Counted from the stretch's first letter, positions 18,157-27,361 are shown. The stretch: 64,000 nucleotides of DNA from Salinispira sp. (GCA_965602015.1 OZ271918.1:64001-128000); one strand, 5' to 3'. Notes: generated from the sequence alone by a model not told the origin. Program-made: numbers and translations.

Positions 18157-20304
18157 TTATTCCTCCCCCATGAAAATTACCGAATCGTTCACGCCGGACG
18201 CCCGGGATGATCCTCCGCTTCCCAGGTGGGCAAATTCCGCGACACCGGCGGGGTCGATTTCCTCGGCTCGGGCGAAGTAGGCCCGGGAATCCTCGAACTG
18301 CTCCAGTTCCCTTAAGGTCTGGGAAATGTTTATGAGGATGGTTTGGCCTGCGGGGGTCTGCAGCTCGCCCCGATTTTCAAGCAGCTGTTCAACCCTGGTG
18401 TAGCTCTCCAGTGCCAGCGGATAGTTTTCCGTGAGATAGGCCACATTTGCGAGGTTAACCACCGGATTGATAAAATCCGGGTCATTTCTCATGCTCCGTT
18501 CGAAAATTCTCCGCGCACCGGCATAATCCCCGAAGCGGGCCAAGGCAATGCCGTACACATTGAGCAGGCGGTTGCTGTTCCCTATTCTTGACTCGATTCC
18601 CGACAGTACCCGGCTGCGGTGGTCGTTTATGCCGGAAATAAAACTCTGACGAAGCACCGCGGGGTCGCCGTAATAAAGTCCTAAATCGGTTTCCCGAAGA
18701 CCCACCGGCCGGAAGAGCCTCTGGGCATCTGCGGTGACATAGAATCCTCTTTTTTCCGAATCGCCTTCATAGCGGTTCCACTCGTTGGCTCCACGGGCCC
18801 AGGCCTCGAGGAAATCTCCGTTTCCTATCATAGTTATTTCGACGGGTATCCACAACTCGCCGTCCACTATGATGAACTGGGACCGGTCGCTGCCGAAAAA
18901 GCGGAAATCCTTGGCGGCGACGCCGGTATTAAACGCCGAGTAGATGTGTCCCGGTGTGGTTATAAAGGCCGTTGGTATGCCCAGGCTTTCCAGCAGGCTG
19001 TTGTAGAGAACGGTGAGGTCGTCGCAGTCACCGGTGCCCCGCTTCAGGGTCTCTCTGGGCAGGCTTACCGAGTCCACTGCGAACCGGTTGTTCTGCATCT
19101 CGGTAAACGGAGCCACCGGGTCGCTCTGGTACACGCAGCCGATGACCGGCAGGCCGTTATAGAGTTGCATGGCGTATTGGAACTCCCGGTAATAGCCGGG
19201 GTACATATTCCGTTCTATGCTCTGACGCAAGAAGCTTGCGTAGTTGCGGATGGCTCCGTCGTTCGGGGTGATAAAGGCGCCGGCTCGGCGGTCGTCGTCC
19301 CAGACGATTGATCGCTTGTCATAGAGGTCATAGGATACCGAGTATTCCTGCCGTGCCGGTCGGCCCCGCACGCTGTATTCCGCAATAATCTGACCGGTCA
19401 GCGGCACTATCCCTTCAACCGCGAAAATTTCGTCATTGAACGATCCCGTGAGACCGATTTCACGAGTTTCGTCCCGTCCGAGGACGGGAATTTCCGCGAC
19501 TATTGAAGGTGCATCCATATAGCCCGGCTGGTGGAAGGAAATAACCACATCGCGTATCTCCGTTCGTTCCACATTGGTGAGATTAACGCTTCCAAACGGG
19601 TTCTCCGGGTAGTAGCTCTGCATTGCGGCGAACACCGATTCGATTTCAGCAGCGGAGAAGCGGATGCTTCTGAAAATTGCATTGGCCGAGTCCGGATCGT
19701 TACCAAGTCGGTAATGGGCGGAGAAACTGATGCCTGCGCTGAAACCGTTAAAATCCGTCAATTCCGAGGAACCGGTCCGGTAGCGCAGCGACGGTCTTAC
19801 ATCAATCGCCAGGTTATACGAAGGGGTCAAGGCTATTATACCCTCGAGAATGCTGTCCCAATAGGAGACCCCGAATACTTCTTCGCCGATGTTGGAAAAC
19901 ACCGCCTGATTATATCCGCTGAGGAGGGCAAGTCCGAGTTCGAAATCCTTTGAAAACCGGTTAGTCCAGGAAGCGCCGGTCATAACTGAAAATTGATTGT
20001 GGTCCCATCGGGCGGGAAAAATCTCATCGTTGACGTCAATGGTTGTATAGCCGAGCCTGAGCGCCGGCTGAAGCTCGGGGAGGCCCGGTATGGGCACCCG
20101 AAAATCTCCGGTGATCATCCGTTCCGATGAAATCCGGCTGTCCGCCGTGAGCGGCGAGTAACTGGCATAACCCGCGCCGAATGAGAGCGGGTAGGCATAA
20201 TAGTCATTGAGCGATGCGTCCTGGCCATTGATGAAAAACGAAGAGAAGAATAAGGCTATTACCGGGACCATGCTTTTTTTGAGCAAAAGCGCAGTGTGGT
20301 TCAT
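18157..20304 (-). CDS. Exported protein: putative N-terminal beta-barrel, transglutaminase-like core, C-terminal TPR
   Basis: Signal peptide; alternating aromatic/Gly strands ending GISFSAHYRL; GDCDDLTVLYNSLLESLGI...PGHIY...WIPVE; TPR-like YGIALARFGDYAGA and NLANVAYLTENYPLA. Confidence 0.8.
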   Translation of the reverse strand: MNHTALLLKKSMVPVIALFFSSFFINGQDASLNDYYAYPLSFGAGYASYSPLTADSRISSERMITGDFRVPIPGLPELQPALRLGYTTIDVNDEIFPARWDHNQFSVMTGASWTNRFSKDFELGLALLSGYNQAVFSNIGEEVFGVSYWDSILEGIIALTPSYNLAIDVRPSLRYRTGSSELTDFNGFSAGISFSAHYRLGNDPDSANAIFRSIRFSAAEIESVFAAMQSYYPENPFGSVNLTNVERTEIRDVVISFHQPGYMDAPSIVAEIPVLGRDETREIGLTGSFNDEIFAVEGIVPLTGQIIAEYSVRGRPARQEYSVSYDLYDKRSIVWDDDRRAGAFITPNDGAIRNYASFLRQSIERNMYPGYYREFQYAMQLYNGLPVIGCVYQSDPVAPFTEMQNNRFAVDSVSLPRETLKRGTGDCDDLTVLYNSLLESLGIPTAFITTPGHIYSAFNTGVAAKDFRFFGSDRSQFIIVDGELWIPVEITMIGNGDFLEAWARGANEWNRYEGDSEKRGFYVTADAQRLFRPVGLRETDLGLYYGDPAVLRQSFISGINDHRSRVLSGIESRIGNSNRLLNVYGIALARFGDYAGARRIFERSMRNDPDFINPVVNLANVAYLTENYPLALESYTRVEQLLENRGELQTPAGQTILINISQTLRELEQFEDSRAYFARAEEIDPAGVAEFAHLGSGGSSRASGVNDSVIFMGEE

Positions 20305-20418
20305 GGTTGTCCCCCATCTGTAATTCTATCCCGATGGAATTGCTCAGACAATGCCGATGGGGGGAATGTGTTTGGTATTGCCGGTGTTTACTCAGGAGTA
20401 CCGAGCCTAAAGACACAC

Positions 20419-20439
20419 AGCCCGGCTTTCGGCCGGGCT
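20419..20439 (-). terminator. GC-rich hairpin downstream of the PPC-repeat gene (terminator or processing/stability element)
   Basis: agcccggc-cgaaa-gccgggct on the minus strand, weak U-tract. Confidence 0.55.
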
Positions 20440-20465
20440 CTCTGTCAAAACAGGGGATTTTGATA

Positions 20466-23096
20466 TCAGTATGCTACAATCGCGTAATCTCCTACACTTC
20501 CCGAAAGCTCGTATACTTCCACGTATACAAAGCCGTCTGCCGGAGGCGTGTAGACAAAGCGTGAATACAACCCGCTGCCACCGTCATCGTCTTCACCTAA
20601 ATAGTCTTCATTCTGGTCATAAATAATTATGTAGGTATCACTGTCGATTCCTCCGGTGCCTGAGGTTTCAATAGTGATACTGCTGTCCGCAGTTACCGGT
20701 ATTCGGTAGAAATCTCTGTCATTTGATTCTTCGAAGGCATAGTTATTCCCACCGGCTCCAACGGTCAGGAGAACCGCCTCGGCGAAGCTGTCGTTTCCGT
20801 CGCTCAAAGGTATATAGTTCTCGACGGATACTGCGTAATTTCCCGTCCCCTGATTTTCTGCGGAGACTTTGAGAAAATACGGTTCGCTTTCGAAGGCCGT
20901 GAACTGAAGGACGCCTGAGCCCAGGTTATATTGATACAATGAGTCTACGGAAAAATAGGAGCCGTCCTCCAACCTAAGCCTTATGCCACCACCAACACTG
21001 ATGTTTTCGAGAACGATGCGGTAGCTTTCCCCGGCGACAGCGTCGAATGTAAAAAAGTCTTCATCTTCAAGCGATTCAAGATCGGAGGTAACAGTTGAAC
21101 CGTCGGTAAGCAAGGATTCAGCGCTCCCGTAGTCACCATTTCCGTCAGCGGCGGTGGTAAAAGAGTCCACCGAGAGCTCATAGCTGCCCAGTTCTGATCC
21201 CCTTGGGGAAACCACGATGTAAAAACTTCCGGCCGGTGAATCTGCCTGAAAGAACGGATCCCAATCACCTCCCCATCCAATCAAAATCTGATTCTCATCA
21301 AACACCTCGTAGTTCATAGAGCCCGAACTTGAAATCTCTATAATAAAATCGTCACCGGTCTCTGCGCTGAATACAAAGTAATCCTCTTCGCCGAAGCTCG
21401 ATATTTCACTGTTCAATGGACCACCGTCGATGGCTATGGGGTCGGCGGAGGCAAAATCATTGTTGCCGTCGTCAGCAGGAGTAAACGAATCGATGGCTAT
21501 CTCGTACGACCCGGAAAGACCTCTGGCCATAAGCTCGAAGTAGTACTTGCCCGCCGGGGCATCTAAGGCAAAAAATGGATTCGAAGCAGTAAATGATTTA
21601 AAGTCGATGCGTGACATCCCCTCATCGTATACATAGTATATTGCCGTGTCCGGTCCGCTAAAGCTCACGCTGAAATTTTCACCGCCAAGGGTTTCCAGGA
21701 CGAACCAATCCGAATCGTCATATGCGCCGAAATCTCCGGAATGTGTCCCACCGCCAATGCTGAGTTGATAATCGGGGTTTGCATCGGAATCCGCCGCAGC
21801 ATCGCTGTCGTCGCTATACGGGATGTACTCCGAAACGCTGAGTACGTACACTCCGGCTGTACCACAATAGCTGTTTTCTACCTCTATGCGATAGGTGCCG
21901 ACTTCTGATCCGATGTGAACCGGTTGGTTAAGAGAAAAAAAGTCATCACCACCACCGGGATATTGAATAGTGCCTCCATTTGTTCCGCTTCCGGTCAGTT
22001 GGAGGACGAGTTGGGTGGAGCCATCACTCTCGTAGAAGAAATAATCAATGTCGTCCCCTCTGCCTATATCGACGGAAACAGGGCTGTCTAATTGGATTTC
22101 AAGAGCATCTGTCTCGCTGTCGTTGCCGTCGGTGAATATGTCCAACGAGCTCACCCGAATAGACAGGGAGCCGTCCACTGCCAATTCTGTGGTGCCGTCA
22201 ACTGGCATAAAATTCACGGCGCACAGATAATATTTTTCACCGACCACAAATCCATCATCTAAGTAATAGCTGAGGGGTTCTCCGCCATAATACTTAGATT
22301 CTTGGAAGGGGTATATTCCGCCATAATCCTCGCCGGCAGCGTTGAAAAAAATCAATGCGTGGGGAGACGGGCTAAATTCAGGAATAAAGGTGAGCTCTGT
22401 GATTGGACCCTGGTGTACAAAGCTGTACCAGCGCTCACCGCCAATTGCAGCCGGCGCGCCATTGTTATTTATATCTAAATAGGTAGGACTTATATGTACT
22501 GCAGCAGAAGGAATTCCGTTATCGAGCACCACGGGGTTGACCGGCAGCAATCGAATATGAACCGGTGTCCTTCCGTCCTGTACTACATCAAAGGGTTCGG
22601 ATGTTCCCGACAGTCCGGGTTCGGATTCTGAGGTCGGAGTATTATAGGCGTATGCTATGAGGTAGTACCCGCTGCCCGGGGCAGCCGTTAGGCTAGCGGT
22701 TGCAGAATCGTAAAAATTTGATTCTGATAATTCTGTCGTTACCGTGGCAACCAGCTGATCGGAACTGTCATACAATTCCAGAACCAGTTTGTCGGTCATA
22801 AACATAGCCCGCGATTGGGGATTCAGCGATCTTCCGACGGGCTCATCGGCGGTTTCGCTGTTGTAGGTTGAAGCTAATTTTTCGGTAATTTCTAGTAATG
22901 CCGGTGAAATCCAGGGCATTTGGATGCGTATCTCCACATTTTTATCCGACTCATCGTCTGTCGGAAGCTCAAGAGGCGATATCATGGATGAAATAAAATC
23001 GCAGCTGGTAAGCGCCAAAGCCAAGAAGAGAAGGGCAAGCACGGCGATTGGTTTTTTTCCGCCGTGAAATTTTGTGTTGTCAGTCGATAAGTACAT
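20466..23096 (-). CDS. Acidic lipoprotein with about five PPC-like (pre-peptidase C-terminal) repeats
   Basis: Lipobox LTSC; repeats DGND/DGNN...D.D(Y/W/F)F...G.Y...; final DTYIIIYD...DDDGGSGLYSR; GGAGGA RBS. Confidence 0.8.
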   Translation of the reverse strand: MYLSTDNTKFHGGKKPIAVLALLFLALALTSCDFISSMISPLELPTDDESDKNVEIRIQMPWISPALLEITEKLASTYNSETADEPVGRSLNPQSRAMFMTDKLVLELYDSSDQLVATVTTELSESNFYDSATASLTAAPGSGYYLIAYAYNTPTSESEPGLSGTSEPFDVVQDGRTPVHIRLLPVNPVVLDNGIPSAAVHISPTYLDINNNGAPAAIGGERWYSFVHQGPITELTFIPEFSPSPHALIFFNAAGEDYGGIYPFQESKYYGGEPLSYYLDDGFVVGEKYYLCAVNFMPVDGTTELAVDGSLSIRVSSLDIFTDGNDSETDALEIQLDSPVSVDIGRGDDIDYFFYESDGSTQLVLQLTGSGTNGGTIQYPGGGDDFFSLNQPVHIGSEVGTYRIEVENSYCGTAGVYVLSVSEYIPYSDDSDAAADSDANPDYQLSIGGGTHSGDFGAYDDSDWFVLETLGGENFSVSFSGPDTAIYYVYDEGMSRIDFKSFTASNPFFALDAPAGKYYFELMARGLSGSYEIAIDSFTPADDGNNDFASADPIAIDGGPLNSEISSFGEEDYFVFSAETGDDFIIEISSSGSMNYEVFDENQILIGWGGDWDPFFQADSPAGSFYIVVSPRGSELGSYELSVDSFTTAADGNGDYGSAESLLTDGSTVTSDLESLEDEDFFTFDAVAGESYRIVLENISVGGGIRLRLEDGSYFSVDSLYQYNLGSGVLQFTAFESEPYFLKVSAENQGTGNYAVSVENYIPLSDGNDSFAEAVLLTVGAGGNNYAFEESNDRDFYRIPVTADSSITIETSGTGGIDSDTYIIIYDQNEDYLGEDDDGGSGLYSRFVYTPPADGFVYVEVYELSGSVGDYAIVAY

Positions 23097-24540
23097 CTAT
23101 TCCTCCGGAAACATCGCTGATGGTAATTGATGCGGATAATTGGTCAGTGTCTCCATCATCATCTGTTACTGTTAGGGTGACGGTGTAGTCGCCGGTGTTT
23201 GCATAGGCATAGCTGACTTTCATGCCCTGTGCGCTGTGACCGTTTCCAAAATTCCAGTGGTAGTTCGTTATGCTTCCGTCCGCATCGGAGCTTGACGATG
23301 CGTTGAAGTCGATATTTTCATCCACGAAGAATTGTGAAACCGGATTGCTGGTGAATCCTGCGGTCGGCGGGGTATTTACCTCGTCGCTGATGGTCACCGA
23401 AAAAGTTGCGCTGTCGCTTAATCCGCCGTCGTCGGTGACAGTCAGGGTGAGCATATAGGTTCCGGCTGCTGCGTAGCTGTGACTCGGGTTGACGCCGCTT
23501 CCGCTTGCCCCGTCGCCGAAGTCCCAGGCATACGAAACGATGTTGCCGTCGCTGTCCGTCGAGGCCGCTGCTGTAAAACTCAAGACTTCATCGGTAAATC
23601 CGACAGTCGGTCCTGCTATGGCTGCGGACGGCGGGTCATTGGATACGGGGGCGGCGGTAATGACAACCTCGAGGAAGCTGACGCCTTCATTCAAATCATT
23701 GTCGAGAACAGCGAGAACTACCAGGTAACTTCCCGGTTCGGCAAAGCTGTGACTGGCAACAGCTTGTTCAGCGAAATTATCGTCACCAAAACGCCATTGG
23801 TAATAAATAATTGAGCCGTCATTGTCGTATGACTGGCTTGCATCAAAAATGAGGCTTTCGCCCGTCAATCCGCTGGCCGGAGCATCAATGATTGCAACGG
23901 GATTGACGGCTGCATCCTCAACTGTCGCCTCGATGACATCACTTGCAGATGCGCCGTCATTGTCGGTTACCGTGAGATTGACTGTATATGTTCCGGCTGC
24001 TGCGTAGCTGTGACTGGGGGTGACACCGCTTCCGTTGGCGCCGTCGCCGAAGTCCCAGGAATACGAAACGATGCTGCCGTCGGTATCGTGGGAAAGCGAT
24101 GCATCAAAAGTAATAACTTCATCAACCGCAGCAAGTCGATTTCCACCGGCATTAGCCGTGGGGGCCGTGTTCCCCGGGCTTAGCGCTTCGACGGTAATGT
24201 TGAGCCAGTCTCTTGAGGACGCGCCTAAATTGTCGGTTACCTTCAAAGTGATTCTGAAAGAACCTGCATTAGCATAGGAATGTGTGGGATTCTCCTCATC
24301 GGCAGTATTTCCGTCACCGAAGTCCCATTCATAGGCAACTATTTCACCATCATCCCGGCTTTCCTCGGCGGTAAAATTTACCGTTTGACCGGTTACAACG
24401 GTGATGCGGGTTTCTGAAGTATCGACAAAGCCTGCGACAGCCTGCGGTGCCGAGTTGAATAGCAGCGATAGCAGCTGACAACTGTTCAATGAAAGAACAA
24501 GCACAAAGATCACCGCAGCCAAAACTATGGTCTTACGCAT
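23080..24540 (-). CDS. Lipoprotein with five PKD domains
   Basis: Lipobox LNSC; five Y.W.FGDG-type motifs followed by H.Y..G.Y.V.L.VTD; AGGAG RBS before ATG 24540. Confidence 0.92.
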   Translation of the reverse strand: MRKTIVLAAVIFVLVLSLNSCQLLSLLFNSAPQAVAGFVDTSETRITVVTGQTVNFTAEESRDDGEIVAYEWDFGDGNTADEENPTHSYANAGSFRITLKVTDNLGASSRDWLNITVEALSPGNTAPTANAGGNRLAAVDEVITFDASLSHDTDGSIVSYSWDFGDGANGSGVTPSHSYAAAGTYTVNLTVTDNDGASASDVIEATVEDAAVNPVAIIDAPASGLTGESLIFDASQSYDNDGSIIYYQWRFGDDNFAEQAVASHSFAEPGSYLVVLAVLDNDLNEGVSFLEVVITAAPVSNDPPSAAIAGPTVGFTDEVLSFTAAASTDSDGNIVSYAWDFGDGASGSGVNPSHSYAAAGTYMLTLTVTDDGGLSDSATFSVTISDEVNTPPTAGFTSNPVSQFFVDENIDFNASSSSDADGSITNYHWNFGNGHSAQGMKVSYAYANTGDYTVTLTVTDDDGDTDQLSASITISDVSGGIDVLID

Positions 24541-24684
24541 TGAGGTCTCCTGATTTCTTATTTGCAAAGTGGTACTGAACTGTAGAATATCATGAAATTG
24601 ACAATATAACTACGATAGAGTCTATTTTATTATTATAAAATAAAATTATAATAGATATTTTGGAAAAACGTCAAAAAGAAAAGT

Positions 24685-24758
24685 TGCCCCTGGCGCGATT
24701 CGAACGCACGACCTGCTGCTTAGGAGGCAGCTGCTCTATCCAGCTGAGCTACAGGAGC
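24685..24758 (-). tRNA. tRNA-Arg(CCT)
   Basis: GCTCCTG/CAGGGGC acceptor; D arm TAGCTCAGCTGGATAGAGC; anticodon arm GCTGC-ctCCTaa-GCAGC; GTTCGAATC; CCA not encoded. Confidence 0.96.
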
Positions 24759-24775
24759 GGATTTCAGTTAGCCAA

Positions 24776-24804
24776 ACTGTAGCAGAGCTTTGCGCTTTTA
24801 TCAA
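24776..24804 (-). promoter_or_regulatory. Sigma70-type promoter for tRNA-Arg
   Basis: TTGATA-17 nt-TACAGT, with TG just upstream of the -10. Confidence 0.65.
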
Positions 24805-24969
24805 CATTATTGCACATGCATCTCCACGCTCCGTTTGCACAGAGAAAATAATTTCGCATATCTCTTGATAAGTTAATTTATTATCGATAAAATAATATCA
24901 TTATTAAAACACGGGTACCCGCGCCCGTGGCTGATCCGGCAACCGTATGTCCTTGACGAGGAGCGTTTT

Positions 24970-25407
24970 ATGGCATGTTTGCTTGTTTGTATCGATTTCT
25001 CCCCACTGACCGATAAATTAATCGACACCGCAAAGGGCATGGCCCGTTGCATGAACCTGCGCATTCACCTGGTGCATGCCCAGGGCGAACGGGCGCTGGT
25101 GCCCACGGCGGTAATTTCCAACCGGGCCCACTCGGGCCGCAAGGCCGATTCCCTCGAGCGGCGGACGAAGGTCGCCCGGCTGGGCAAGCTCTGCGCCAAG
25201 CTTGAAGACCAGGGGTTCACTGCGACCTGCGCAACGCCCTCGGGCAGGGCGGCGGATGTTCTTATCAAGGAAGCGAGAATCCACGACGCCCGGATGATGG
25301 TGATGGGCTGCCACGGAAACGGCGCGGTGCATCACCTCATGTCCGGATCCGTCGCCGAGGACGTGCTAAAAGGCTTGAGCATACCGACGGTGCTGGTTCC
25401 CGGCTAA
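24970..25407 (+). CDS. Universal stress protein (UspA family)
   Basis: LLVCIDFS, LVHA, G.AA..L, MMVMGCHG....HLMSGSVAEDVL..LSIPTVLVP. Confidence 0.9.
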   Translation: MACLLVCIDFSPLTDKLIDTAKGMARCMNLRIHLVHAQGERALVPTAVISNRAHSGRKADSLERRTKVARLGKLCAKLEDQGFTATCATPSGRAADVLIKEARIHDARMMVMGCHGNGAVHHLMSGSVAEDVLKGLSIPTVLVPG

Positions 25408-25499
25408 TCCTAAGAATTGGCAGCATATAGCCGATTAGCCATTCAAAAAACCGATATCTTTTTCTTTTATTCCCTTAAAGCCCGTGTTACAATTCCCTC

Positions 25500-25761
25500 C
25501 AAGATTGGGGGATACACAATCTGCACGGATTTCCGGCGGGTCAGAGTTTTATGACCCGGGGATTATGGTGTTTTGTTCCGGCCGAAGGAGAGCGCTTTGC
25601 GGGAAGGGCTCTGCTGTGCAATACGGCGGATTCAGACTCCGGATATTCGTGACCGGTACATTTGACGGACTACGTCGTGCTACCTTTTTCGGTTTTGCAG
25701 TGTTCTGCAATGCCATGGGATCAGCTCCCGGTGATGTGTTACATCACCGGGAGTTTTTTTT
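25500..25761 (+). ncRNA. Candidate structured small RNA (GGA-rich)
   Basis: Extended -10 TGtTACAAT at 25485-25493; serial hairpins; 10 GGA; strong terminator; no credible ORF. Confidence 0.5.
25725..25761 (+). terminator. Rho-independent terminator
   Basis: ctcccggtgatgt-gtt-acatcaccgggag followed by T8. Confidence 0.9.
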
Positions 25762-25785
25762 GCGCCAAATCTCGCAGGCCTTCGT

Positions 25786-26706
25786 TTATCCCCTGTCACC
25801 GAGCTGACCGCAGGCGCCCAAAACCTGCCGGCCCTTGGTGTGGCGGACGGTGTTTGCAACGCCTCTTTCGGAAAGCATCATGGCAAAGCCGTGAACCGCG
25901 TTATCATGGGGAACCGCCATAGTCATAGCGTTTACCAGCGGAGGGGAACTTATGGGATTCCAGGGTATGACGTTTACCAGGCAATCCAGGCCGCGGCAAA
26001 AATCCGCGACCGCGTCGGCTTCCGCCGAATCGTGGTTGATTCGGTCAAAAATAACCATTTCCAGAATGATGCGCTTATTGGTTTCCCGGTGATACTCGTC
26101 CAGGGCTGCCCTGGCCAGACCCAGGAACCCGGTGCCGCTGGCGGGAATCAGCCGGTTTCGGATTTCCTCACGGGCGGAGATCAGGCTGAAGGCCAGGCCG
26201 AGAGCCGGCCGATGTGCGGCCAGCCGGCGGATTCCGAGAAGGTAGCCCGCAGTGCTTATAGTAATTCTCCGCGGGAAGATATTCCGGCCTTTCTGATCGG
26301 TCAGGATGCCCACGGCCTCCAGCACAGCGTCGAGGTTGTGAAGGGCCTCGCCCATGCCCATAAATACCGCGTTGGTGAGATCCAGGTTCCGGGCTGCAGC
26401 CCGGGCCTTTACCGCGTCGAACTGGGCGATTATCTCATCGGCGCTGCAGTTGCGCAGCAGGCCCATCTGCCCGGTGGCGCAGAAGCGGCAGCCCATGGCG
26501 CAGCCCAGCTGACTGGACAGGCAGGCGGTGGCCCGTCCCTTGTCGTTGACCAGCAGAACCGCTTCCAGGCCGGGCTGCTGCCCCTCAACCTGGCCCGCCG
26601 GTACAAATACCAGCTTTTCCGAACCGTCGTCGGCAATCAAGGTTTTTCCCAACGTCAGTCCAGCTGTTCCGGATGTGCCGGCTTGCTTTGTATGATTGCC
26701 GTTCAT
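25786..26706 (-). CDS. rlmN: RlmN-like radical SAM RNA methyltransferase, N-terminally short
   Basis: TACLSSQLGCAMGCRFC (CxxxCxxC), FMGMGE, ITISTAG, GACGQL. Confidence 0.8.
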   Translation of the reverse strand: MNGNHTKQAGTSGTAGLTLGKTLIADDGSEKLVFVPAGQVEGQQPGLEAVLLVNDKGRATACLSSQLGCAMGCRFCATGQMGLLRNCSADEIIAQFDAVKARAAARNLDLTNAVFMGMGEALHNLDAVLEAVGILTDQKGRNIFPRRITISTAGYLLGIRRLAAHRPALGLAFSLISAREEIRNRLIPASGTGFLGLARAALDEYHRETNKRIILEMVIFDRINHDSAEADAVADFCRGLDCLVNVIPWNPISSPPLVNAMTMAVPHDNAVHGFAMMLSERGVANTVRHTKGRQVLGACGQLGDRG

Positions 26707-27314
26707 GATTTTCGCTTTTTATCCATTAGTATGCGGGTTCCCGCGCCTCCTGCAACGACGGAGCGCATGGTCTCCTCGAAGCTGGCGTCGACGAACTGCA
26801 CCCTGTCCGCTGTTATGTGAAACACCAGGCCGTTGGTGGGGTTCGGGCTCGTGGGCACGAATGCGGTGTACATGCCGCTCTCATCGTGCTCGTCGGTAAT
26901 AAATGCGGTCATCTGGGTTTCGTTCTCATACGGGCGGATCAGCGCGGGCCGGGTAAACAACTGGCTTCGTTTATCGGTGTTAAAAAACGGCCGCGCAGCC
27001 TCCCTGATGAGGGAGTAGCCGGGAATCCGGCGGAGGAAGTGGCGTTCCAGACTCTGATGCGCAAAGGTTCCCACCTTGGTCCGGACGATCAGCCCGATGA
27101 CGAAACATCCCACAGCAATAACGATGACCGAAAGAACGGCTGCCAGACTGACGGAAATTCCCATCAGCTGATTGAGATACAGTGAGACCGGCCGAAGGGC
27201 TTCGGTGGTCACCGAATACAGCCAGTTGAAAAAAAAGATCAGCACCACCACCGGGAAAATGACCGCCACTCCCCCGATGAACATGGTGCTGATGAATCTG
27301 CTGAGTTTCTTCAT
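26703..27314 (-). CDS. DUF502 membrane protein
   Basis: Two TM segments; RIPGYSLI; FVPTSPNPTNG. Confidence 0.88.
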   Translation of the reverse strand: MKKLSRFISTMFIGGVAVIFPVVVLIFFFNWLYSVTTEALRPVSLYLNQLMGISVSLAAVLSVIVIAVGCFVIGLIVRTKVGTFAHQSLERHFLRRIPGYSLIREAARPFFNTDKRSQLFTRPALIRPYENETQMTAFITDEHDESGMYTAFVPTSPNPTNGLVFHITADRVQFVDASFEETMRSVVAGGAGTRILMDKKRKS

Positions 27315-27361
27315 AAGTCCCCCCGGGCTGCCGCCCCGGATGGGAGGACCGGGTCGCGCCC

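Noticed and set aside
23459..24082. PKD repeat pair as the TR/VR of a diversity-generating retroelement
   Set aside because: Mismatches are not adenine-specific, both copies are in frame in one gene, and no reverse transcriptase is present.
25575..25600. CCGGCCGAAGGAGAGC as SRP RNA or glycine riboswitch
   Set aside because: Lacks the CAGG..GNRA..AGCA internal loop of SRP and the CTCAGG element of glycine aptamers; no downstream co-oriented gene.
25484..25807. 107-aa ORF in the usp-rlmN gap
   Set aside because: GTG start without an RBS overlaps the -10 element, and the ORF reads through a strong terminator; unnatural composition.
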